From contig CAZDSU010000040.1 in the NCBI GenBank assembly GCA_964508135.1, positions 5-64,004 on the forward strand: a DNA stretch of 64,000 nt, read 5' to 3'. The notes under the pieces were generated by a model, which was given only the letters and a program-made list of their open reading frames with translations, was not told the DNA's origin and ran no database searches. Shown piece after piece: positions 57,396 through 64,000 of the stretch (the first letter of the stretch is position 1; each line of letters starts with the position of its first letter). The stretch is from an uncultured Saprospiraceae bacterium. Lineage in GTDB: Bacteria; Bacteroidota; Bacteroidia; Chitinophagales; Saprospiraceae. The position numbers and the translations under genes were made by a program.

Positions 57396-57398
57396 ATC

Positions 57399-57689
57399 CT
57401 AAGCGTTTTGAAGCCACTCAATACATTTATCTATCTCGTTGATGTATTGGTCAATTTGCTTTCTCAACTTTTGGTTGCTTTCCGAATCATCTCCCCGCTG
57501 CCCGGCCAGTGCCTGCTGCGAGTTAGTTAATCTTTCTGTCAATTCGCCGGTGCGCTCTTGCTGTGCTTCGAGGTCGGCCTTGAGCTTGTTATTTTCCTTC
57601 GAAAGAACAGCGTTTTGCTGGCGCAATGCGGTCATCGCCTCCACCAGTTGCCGTACTTTCTGTTCGATATTTTCGAGTTGTTGGGTCAT
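57399..57689 (-). CDS. Coiled-coil protein (ZapB-like, hypothetical)
   Basis: 96 aa, heptad-rich and Gln/Glu/Leu-rich. It lies immediately upstream of zapA with a 3-nt gap. Confidence 0.5.
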   Translation of the reverse strand: MTQQLENIEQKVRQLVEAMTALRQQNAVLSKENNKLKADLEAQQERTGELTERLTNSQQALAGQRGDDSESNQKLRKQIDQYINEIDKCIEWLQNA

Positions 57690-57697
57690 GTGTTCAA

Positions 57698-60208
57698 TTA
57701 ACGCCGAATCAGCGCTCCAAGTTTTCCCTCAAACGCCTCGATGAGTTCGCTCATCACGGCGTCCACCTCCTTGTCCTGCAAGGTGCGGGTCGGGTCTTCG
57801 AAGGTGAAGCTCACGGCGTAGGACTTTTTGCCCTCGCCGAGCTTGGTTTCGTCTTCAAAGACATCGAACAAATTTATATCTTTCAACAGCTTTTTACCAA
57901 CTTTTTTGGCAACGGCGGCAAGGTCGCTAAATTTTACGGATTTACCAATCACCACCGCAAGGTCTCTGCGCACGGTAGGGAATTTGTTCAGATCCGCAAA
58001 ACTGATGGACTGTTTTTTCGCTGCCGCCAGCAGGGCGTCCCAATTCAGGTCGGCGTAAAAAACCTCGCCCCGGATGCCCATTTTCTTGCAAACTTTCGGC
58101 TGCACCTTCCCGAATGTCACCAAATCCTGCGGCCCCCGGTGGTACTTTATGCCGTAGGCAAAAACGTCGTCTTTCACCGCCGTCTCCTGAAAACCGCCAC
58201 CGACGCCAAGGCGGGCGAGTACATTGCCCACAATGGACTTCAAAGTGAAGAAATCCGCCGAAACCTTCTCCTTGTTGCGCCAACTTTCTGGGTATCGTTG
58301 ACCGGTTAAGAACAAAGCAAGATGCTGTGGCTCGGCATAAGCCAATTTACCACCGCTCTTTTGCTCCCCCTCCTTGGGAGGGGGCTGGGGGGAGGCCGTG
58401 TACGTCTTGCCAAACTCGAACAACTTCAAGTCCATCTGCTGGCGGTTCTGGTTGTTCACCACCGCCTCTAAGCCGCTGAACAGCATCGTGGGGCGCATGA
58501 TGTCGAGCTGCACGTTGCTCGTGTTGTTCACGAAGACGAGTTCGCTTGCTTCCTTCGGCAAAATTTCCTTGTAAAACGTTGATTGCGAGAGCGATAGGCT
58601 CATCACCTCGTTGAAGCCGTTGGCCGCTAGGTAGTCGGCGACGGTATTGCGCACGGCGTTCGGGTCGGGCTTCTCGCTGCTCACCATGCTGCTGCGGATT
58701 TGCGCAGGGGCGGGCACGTTGTCGAGGCCGAAGACCCGCAGGATTTCCTCCACCACATCGGCGGGACGGGTCACGTCGGCCTTGTTCGTCGGTACGCTGA
58801 CGATGAACGAATCACCATCAAGCGACTCCCCCTTGAGGGGGTTGGGGGGCAACATTTCCAGCGCCGAGAGGATTTCCTTGATTTTTTCCTTCGGAATTTC
58901 CATCCCAATGAGGCGGTTCACGTAATCGTAAGTCACCGCAACCTGCTGGTTTTCAATAGGTTTTGGATAAACGTCCACCACTTCGGAAGCGATTTCACCG
59001 CCCGCCAATTCCACTATCATGGCCGCTGCCCGTTGCAGGGCATACACGCAAACGTTCGGGTCACTGCCCTTTTCAAAAACCTTGGCGGCGTCTGTGCGAA
59101 GGTCGTGGCGGGTACTGCTGCGGCGAATCCATTTAGCGTTGAAATGGGCGCTTTCGAGGAAGATGTTTCGGGTCGTGTCCTTCACGCCCGACTTCGCACC
59201 GCCGAAGACGCCGCCGATGCACATTGGCTTCGAGTCGCCGTCGCAAATCATCAAGTCATGGTCGCTGAGGCTGCGCTCCCGGTCGTCGAGGCTTTGAAAT
59301 TTGGTGCCTTCCGGCAATGTTTTCACGATGATTTTCTGCCCAGCGATTTCATCCAAATCGAAGGCGTGGAGCGGCTGGCCCAGTTCATGGAGGATGAAGT
59401 TCGTCACGTCCACGATATTGCTGATGGGCCGCACCCCGACGGAAAGCAGCCGTTTTTTCAGCCAGTCGGGCGACTCGCCGATGGTCACGCCCTTGATGCT
59501 CACACCTGCGTAGCGGGGACAAGCCTCGGCGTTTTCAACGGTCACTTCGACGGGCAACAGATATGTCATGTTTTCAAAACATGACATATCTAGCTCCGGC
59601 ACTTTCACGCCGCCCGTTTGCCCAAACTGTACTTGCAACGCAGCCGCCAAATCCCTTGCCACGCCGAGGTGGCAAGTGGCGTCAGAGCGGTTCGGCGTCA
59701 GGCCGATTTCATAGACAACGTCTTTTTCGAGCTTGAAATAGTCCCGCCCGGTGGTGCCGATGGGCGTATCGGCGGGCAGCACGAGGATGCCGCTGTGGTC
59801 TTCGCCCATGCCGAGTTCGTCGGCAGCGCATATCATGCCCTGCGATTCCTCGCCCCTGATTTTGCCGAGCTTCAGCGTGAGCGGTTCGCCGCCAGTGGGG
59901 TAGAGCGTGGTGCCGATGGTGGCCACGAGCACCCGTTGCCCGGCGGCCACATTGGGCGCTCCGCAAACGATTTGGAGCAGTTCGCCCGTACCGATATCCA
60001 CTTTGGTGAGGCTGAGTTTGTCGGCGTTCGGGTGCCGCCAGCATTCCTTCACCTCGCCCACGACGACGCCTTGCAGCCCGCCCTTGATGCTTTCCACTTC
60101 CTCCATGCCCTCCACTTCGAGGCCAAGGCTGGTGAGTAGGTTCGAGATTTCATCGGGCGATAGGTTGATGTCCAGGTATGTTTTGAGCCAGTTTAGCGAT
60201 ATGGTCAT
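57698..60208 (-). CDS. pheT: Phenylalanine-tRNA ligase beta subunit
   Basis: 836 aa. It has the N-terminal tRNA-binding OB domain (ISLNWLKTYLDI...VVVGEVKECWRHPNADKLSLTKVDIG), B3/4 and B5 domains and a C-terminal FDX-ACB domain (KSYAVSFTFEDPTRTLQDKEVD). Confidence 0.95.
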   Translation of the reverse strand: MTISLNWLKTYLDINLSPDEISNLLTSLGLEVEGMEEVESIKGGLQGVVVGEVKECWRHPNADKLSLTKVDIGTGELLQIVCGAPNVAAGQRVLVATIGTTLYPTGGEPLTLKLGKIRGEESQGMICAADELGMGEDHSGILVLPADTPIGTTGRDYFKLEKDVVYEIGLTPNRSDATCHLGVARDLAAALQVQFGQTGGVKVPELDMSCFENMTYLLPVEVTVENAEACPRYAGVSIKGVTIGESPDWLKKRLLSVGVRPISNIVDVTNFILHELGQPLHAFDLDEIAGQKIIVKTLPEGTKFQSLDDRERSLSDHDLMICDGDSKPMCIGGVFGGAKSGVKDTTRNIFLESAHFNAKWIRRSSTRHDLRTDAAKVFEKGSDPNVCVYALQRAAAMIVELAGGEIASEVVDVYPKPIENQQVAVTYDYVNRLIGMEIPKEKIKEILSALEMLPPNPLKGESLDGDSFIVSVPTNKADVTRPADVVEEILRVFGLDNVPAPAQIRSSMVSSEKPDPNAVRNTVADYLAANGFNEVMSLSLSQSTFYKEILPKEASELVFVNNTSNVQLDIMRPTMLFSGLEAVVNNQNRQQMDLKLFEFGKTYTASPQPPPKEGEQKSGGKLAYAEPQHLALFLTGQRYPESWRNKEKVSADFFTLKSIVGNVLARLGVGGGFQETAVKDDVFAYGIKYHRGPQDLVTFGKVQPKVCKKMGIRGEVFYADLNWDALLAAAKKQSISFADLNKFPTVRRDLAVVIGKSVKFSDLAAVAKKVGKKLLKDINLFDVFEDETKLGEGKKSYAVSFTFEDPTRTLQDKEVDAVMSELIEAFEGKLGALIRR
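58366..58384. repeat. GC-rich mini-palindrome in frame inside pheT (copy 1)
   Basis: ccccctcc-ttg-ggaggggg has a perfect 8-bp stem. On the coding strand it encodes part of SPQPPPKEGEQ. Confidence 0.8.
58828..58841. repeat. GC-rich mini-palindrome in frame inside pheT (copy 2)
   Basis: ccccc-ttga-ggggg encodes part of PPNPLKGES on the coding strand. The sequence is related to copy 1. Confidence 0.7.
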
Positions 60209-60269
60209 TTTTCTGAATTTGAAGGGGCGAAGATAGGAATATGATAATTACCCTCGCATGAATGTTGGC

Positions 60270-60755
60270 CTACTCCCCCGCCAATTGCACTATTTGCGAA
60301 AACAGTCTATCGCTCAGGAAAAAATTTGCTTCGTCCCTCAACCGCTCCAAAATAGGCTTGACAACTGGCAAGAAGCCATGTTGTTTGGCCTGCAAAAGTA
60401 CGCCTAACAGGCCCGTTATTTTCAGCCCCTGTTGCTCGGCAATAGCCCGCCCTTTCAATTCGTCAATCAGTAACAGGTCGGCCCCAATTTCTTTGGCAAG
60501 AACTATCGCCTGCGCTTCACCTTCGTCAATGTTCAATAAAAATTCACGAACAAGTGCTTGATTTTCAGGTGTTTGCACCTTTATATAAATGGCTCCGACG
60601 ATTGGTTGGACATCAACCCCGAACTGCCGAAGCTCCAGCAATTCGTTGTGTACTTTTTGAGGAATGATGATGGTCGTGAACAGTTTTTGCAAAAGGTCGA
60701 GGTGCCCGATGAGGTAGAGATTGCTGATGACCGAAGTATCGCTGACGACTATCAT
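60270..60755 (-). CDS. DUF3368 family PIN-like toxin
   Basis: 161 aa. VVSDTSVISNL...IIPQKVHNEL...IDEGEAQAIVLAKEIGADLLLIDELKGR matches the DUF3368 pattern as I recall it. The gene overlaps the upstream UPF0175 gene by 4 nt. Confidence 0.78.
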   Translation of the reverse strand: MIVVSDTSVISNLYLIGHLDLLQKLFTTIIIPQKVHNELLELRQFGVDVQPIVGAIYIKVQTPENQALVREFLLNIDEGEAQAIVLAKEIGADLLLIDELKGRAIAEQQGLKITGLLGVLLQAKQHGFLPVVKPILERLRDEANFFLSDRLFSQIVQLAGE

Positions 60756-60994
60756 ACACCCAAAGCAGTAAGTGTTTTCAGGTCTTTCTCGACTTCTTCA
60801 ATCGAAAAATGGATGGCAATCTTGCGCTTGGCAAGTTCTTTCTGGAAGGCGATGCGGTGCAGGTTCGCAACTAAAGCAGCTTTGCCCAAGGAGAGGATTT
60901 TCCTTTCGTACAATGAAAGAGCAATTTCCAACAGGAATTCCTGTTCGGAAAGGCCGGAAGACTCAATGATTTCTGGTCCGATGACAACTCCCAT
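60752..60994 (-). CDS. UPF0175 family antitoxin
   Basis: 80 aa. LLEIALSLYERKILSLGKAALVANLHRIAFQKELAKRKIAIHFSIEEVEKDLKTL is the canonical partner of DUF3368. Confidence 0.8.
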   Translation of the reverse strand: MGVVIGPEIIESSGLSEQEFLLEIALSLYERKILSLGKAALVANLHRIAFQKELAKRKIAIHFSIEEVEKDLKTLTALGV

Positions 60995-61010
60995 TTGCAG
61001 TAATTTTATA

Positions 61011-61018
61011 CAAAACTA
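61011..61018 (-). promoter_or_regulatory. Candidate -7 promoter box for the UPF0175-DUF3368 pair
   Basis: The minus strand reads TAGTTTTG, 16 nt upstream of the ATG at 60994. Confidence 0.4.
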
Positions 61019-61048
61019 AGGTTTTGGCCGTAAAATTCAAACGTTTCC

Positions 61049-62542
61049 TCACCCCCTTTCCCCTAATTCCTTCAACACCTTCTGCACCCGTTTCCGCCGT
61101 TCCTTCGCCTCCAGTACCGTTGGCGCAGCCGCCCGTTCCAAACAATTCGGGATGGGGCAGCGCTCGCAAGTCGTATTCACTTCCCGGCGGGCAATGGCAG
61201 GGTCGTCGAGAAATTTCACCCGTTTGCGCAGCGAGGGGTCAATCAGGATGCCCACGGTAATGCTCACGTTCTGGTCGGGCGAGGGGTAGGCCGGTCGGGC
61301 GAGCGTGAAGCAGAGGTACTCATCCTTGGTGTCGTGGTAGCGGCTGCGCTGCGCCCCGACGAGCGCCCCGGTGTACTTGCCGCCCTGCTGCATCTGCGAG
61401 AGGTCGTTGAGCAGCGAGGTGGCCAGCCAGCGGCGGCAGTAGTGCTCGCTGATGGCGTTGCCGTGCGGCTGGTGTCGGCGATTGAGGTGCAGTTCCTTGT
61501 CCATTTTGAACTGCCCGGTGGCGGGCGTTTGGATGAAACGGAGCAGGAACAGCTTCTCCAGCCCGAAGAATTGCGGCAACACGTTGGTCATGCGCTGGAA
61601 GAGCATCTCCGGCGATGCCTGGTATTTGCGCAGCAGGCCGAGGATGAACTCGCCGTCCCAGCGGGGCAGTTGGAAGAACGATTCCATGTCCCGGTTGAAC
61701 GCCTCCCGGTTCAGCAGCAGCGCCGCCGAGAAGTAGCCCGCCTTGAAGTGGCTGAGCACTTCCTCAAAGGAATTGACCCGCAGGAGGGCGGCGGTATTGG
61801 CTCGTTCTTTCAAGCCTAAATAATTGAATCCCAGCTCTTTACCGAACTGAAACGCCTTTTGCATATCGTTCAGCTTGCCGTTCAGCAGCAGTTTTTTCAC
61901 CTTCGGCAAATAGACGGAACGGATGTCGGCCAGCTCCGGGTAGGGCGTCAGGCCGTTCTCGACGATGGTATAGCCGTAGCGTTTTTCGAGCAGCCGGGCC
62001 AATGCCTCCACCGACACGAGGGCCGTGGTCGGCAGTTTGTTCCGCTCCGCAAAATCGGCGGCAGCCTGTTCTATTTCCTCGAAATAATTGTTGTTGAGTT
62101 CCAGGTACGAGCGCAGCGCCCCGAAGTAGAAGTTCTCCTCGGCCAGTGCGTAGTTGCGGGACAGCTCGACGAGCGTGCTGATGAACGCCCCGACCTTCAG
62201 CGGCGCATTGGCGATGATTTCCACCACCTTGGCCAGGTCAATGTCGAAGAGGTCGAGGGGGAGTTCGTTGAGGAAATTGGAGTTGAGGAGGTCGGCCACG
62301 GGGCCGAGGTTTTTGCCAAGGTCGAGCGAGGTAAGCTCCGCCGCCCCCACGCCGAGCGCCCCGGCCAGCAGGGCTATTTTGTCTTCCTTCGGGAATTTTT
62401 TGCCCTTCTCAATCTCGTTCAGGTAGGAGATGGACATGCCAGTTTGCTTCGCAAAATCAGCGAAATTATGTCCACGGGCTTGTCGCAACTGCTTGATTTT
62501 CAACCCGAATATGATGCGCTCGTTGGGCGATTTTTGGCTCAT
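61049..62542 (-). CDS. XRE-family HTH regulator with ImmA/IrrE-like and C-terminal Cys-containing domains (RamB/ScfR-like architecture)
   Basis: 497 aa. The N-terminal HTH is FGLKIKQLRQARGHNFADFAKQTGMSISYLNEIEKGKKFP. A long central domain follows, and the C-terminal end is CERCPIPNCLERAA. The architecture assignment is from memory. Confidence 0.65.
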   Translation of the reverse strand: MSQKSPNERIIFGLKIKQLRQARGHNFADFAKQTGMSISYLNEIEKGKKFPKEDKIALLAGALGVGAAELTSLDLGKNLGPVADLLNSNFLNELPLDLFDIDLAKVVEIIANAPLKVGAFISTLVELSRNYALAEENFYFGALRSYLELNNNYFEEIEQAAADFAERNKLPTTALVSVEALARLLEKRYGYTIVENGLTPYPELADIRSVYLPKVKKLLLNGKLNDMQKAFQFGKELGFNYLGLKERANTAALLRVNSFEEVLSHFKAGYFSAALLLNREAFNRDMESFFQLPRWDGEFILGLLRKYQASPEMLFQRMTNVLPQFFGLEKLFLLRFIQTPATGQFKMDKELHLNRRHQPHGNAISEHYCRRWLATSLLNDLSQMQQGGKYTGALVGAQRSRYHDTKDEYLCFTLARPAYPSPDQNVSITVGILIDPSLRKRVKFLDDPAIARREVNTTCERCPIPNCLERAAAPTVLEAKERRKRVQKVLKELGERG

Positions 62543-62547
62543 GCCAG

Positions 62548-62555
62548 CAAAGGTA
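62548..62555 (-). promoter_or_regulatory. Candidate -7 box (TACCTTTG) abutting the regulator start codon
   Basis: The minus strand reads TACCTTTG, 5 nt upstream of the ATG at 62542. The octamer and spacing match those in front of mfd GVG 20785 closely (octamer identical, spacing 4 versus 5 nt). This would imply a leaderless mRNA. Confidence 0.3.
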
Positions 62556-62590
62556 GGGGGAATGCTGCGAATTTTCGCAAGAAGAAAGGA

Positions 62591-62690
62591 GGATGGAACG
62601 AGCGATTACAAAGCATTTTGCGAACGGGATGAACACGCTAGGAGGATGGGAACACGGACTAAACGGATGGGACAGATTTGCACGGATTTT
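62591..62690. repeat. Dispersed direct GGATG(G)GAAC / ACGGA words upstream of the XRE regulator
   Basis: The words are ggatggaac (62591), gggatgaac (62626), ggatgggaac (62644), ggatgggac (62665) and cggatt (62683). Confidence 0.6.
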
Positions 62691-64000
62691 TACACCACTA
62701 GCTTTGCCCTCACTTCTTCCAAATATTCCCGAACAGCAGTAAATGACACCGTTTTACCCTCAAAATATTTCATCGCTTCCGATGCCTCGTCAGCGTTTGC
62801 ACCAAGGTGGTTCAGGATATTCGCCAAGTGCATTTTCATGTGCCCAGACTGTATGCCCGTGGTCACGAGCGAGCGCACGGCAGCAAAGTTCTGCGCCAAA
62901 CCTGTACTGGCGATTATCATCATCAGTTCCTCCGCCGTGGGGTTGCCGAGCATTTCCAGCGAAAGCTTTGCGATGGGATGCAGCTTGGTGAGGCCGCCCA
63001 CCGTGCCGAGCGCCAGCGGCAGGTCGAGCCAGAAGCGGAAGATGCCGCCCTCGATGGTGCAGTGGCTGAGGCTTCGGTATTGCCCGTCACGGGCAGCGAA
63101 AGTGTGGCAGCCCGCCTCCACCGCCCGGAAGTCGTTGGCGGTGGCCAGCACCACGGCGTCCACGCCGTTGAAGATGCCCTTGTTGTGGGTGGTGGCCCGG
63201 TGCGGGTCGAGGTAGGCGATGCGCACGGCCTTGCGGAATTTTTCGGCGAGGGCAGCGGCCTCCAACCCATTGTCGAAGGGGCCGAGCGCCTCCACGGGGC
63301 ATTCCACCCAGGCCCGCACGAGGCATTCCGGCGTATAATTGCTAAGAATGGACATGATGATGTTCATGTCCCGCTCGTCGCCCTCATCAAAAATAGGATG
63401 AGTCGAAATGAACCGGTCGAGCGTTTTTGCGAAGCACTCCAGCACCGAGTTGATGAAGTTGGCGCCCATGCTGTCGCAGGTCTCGAAAGAGACTTTCAGT
63501 TGGTAGTAGTCCGGTTCTTGGTCGGTGAAGTTGACGAGTTCGATGTCGGTGACGCCACCGCCCCGCTTTTCCATGTTGGCGGTGATGTGCGCTGCATCCT
63601 GCTGGAGTTCGGTTTTGAGGTCTTCAATAACGCCTTCCAGCTTGCGAACGTCACCGCCCCACGAGAAGTGGACTTGTCCCAACTTCTTGGTTCCCAGCAC
63701 TTTAGCATGAAAACCGCCCCGGTCAAGCCAGTACTTGGCGGCACTGCTCGCTGCGGCCACCACCGAGCTTTCCTCGATGACCATCGGCACGGCGTACACC
63801 TTGCCGTTTATCAAAAAATTGGGGGCCACGCCAAACGGCATGGGGAAGTTGCTGAGGGTGTTCTCGCTGAATCCATCGAGGAGGCGCTGCTGTTCTTCGT
63901 CGGGATTCCACCAGCGAATGAGTTCCTGCGTGGCCTCAGCGGGGTTTTGGAAAAAATGCTCGGCCACCCATTTGACCTTGTCGGGTTTGGAGAGTTTGGA
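62690..64000 (-). CDS. mvaA: Hydroxymethylglutaryl-CoA reductase, class II (5' end runs off the window)
   Basis: The ORF is open to the window edge (…SKLSKPDKVKWVAEHFFQ…). It has PMPFGVAPNFLINGKVYAVPMVIEESSVVAAAS, DSMGANFIN, HNKGIFNGVDAVVLATANDFRA and TVGG. These fit a class II HMGR. Confidence 0.87.
   Translation of the reverse strand, partial: SKLSKPDKVKWVAEHFFQNPAEATQELIRWWNPDEEQQRLLDGFSENTLSNFPMPFGVAPNFLINGKVYAVPMVIEESSVVAAASSAAKYWLDRGGFHAKVLGTKKLGQVHFSWGGDVRKLEGVIEDLKTELQQDAAHITANMEKRGGGVTDIELVNFTDQEPDYYQLKVSFETCDSMGANFINSVLECFAKTLDRFISTHPIFDEGDERDMNIIMSILSNYTPECLVRAWVECPVEALGPFDNGLEAAALAEKFRKAVRIAYLDPHRATTHNKGIFNGVDAVVLATANDFRAVEAGCHTFAARDGQYRSLSHCTIEGGIFRFWLDLPLALGTVGGLTKLHPIAKLSLEMLGNPTAEELMMIIASTGLAQNFAAVRSLVTTGIQSGHMKMHLANILNHLGANADEASEAMKYFEGKTVSFTAVREYLEEVRAKLVV

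Overview
This 64-kb chromosomal window is most likely from a Bacteroidota genome, possibly Saprospiria- or Cytophagia-like. That call rests on gene content (DUF4271-hemD pair, kynurenine 3-monooxygenase, mevalonate-pathway genes, RNase Y-ZapA-PheT neighbourhood) and on several TAnnTTTG -7 promoter boxes. It is an inference, not a database result.

Most of the window is conserved housekeeping sequence:
- nadD (partial), fabH-efp-accB-accC, pcm, a 2-oxoacid dehydrogenase E2, lspA, kmo, aroB and gcvP
- mvaD, a PBP4-type peptidase, mfd, an OmpA/TPR pair, a NagZ/beta-lactamase fusion and hemW
- a two-component pair, DUF4271-hemD, polA, an aminotransferase, fadD, rny, zapA, pheT and a class II HMG-CoA reductase (partial)

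Small accessory insertions sit between these genes:
- an HNH-endonuclease two-gene cassette
- a visibly AT-rich islet carrying an HTH-ImmA/IrrE protease and a DUF4411 PIN-like gene
- a vapBC module with an orphan UPF0175 antitoxin gene
- a UPF0175-DUF3368 pair
- a frameshifted DUF3800 gene
- an Avd-like four-helix-bundle gene
- a lower-GC MFS / arylsulfotransferase / sulfotransferase trio
- a three-gene operon with two ATP-grasp-type ligases and a GATase1

The most unusual signal is at the DNA level. Many intergenic spacers are filled by locus-specific short words (7-16 nt) repeated in tandem and mirrored into long imperfect palindromes. Related words or perfect mini-palindromes also sit in frame inside housekeeping CDSs (aroB, hemW, pheT, mfd, the E2 linker). 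One of these palindromes encloses the four-helix-bundle gene in its loop.

I recognised no rRNA gene, tRNA gene or CRISPR array. All family assignments come from motif recognition by eye on the supplied translations. No searches were run.
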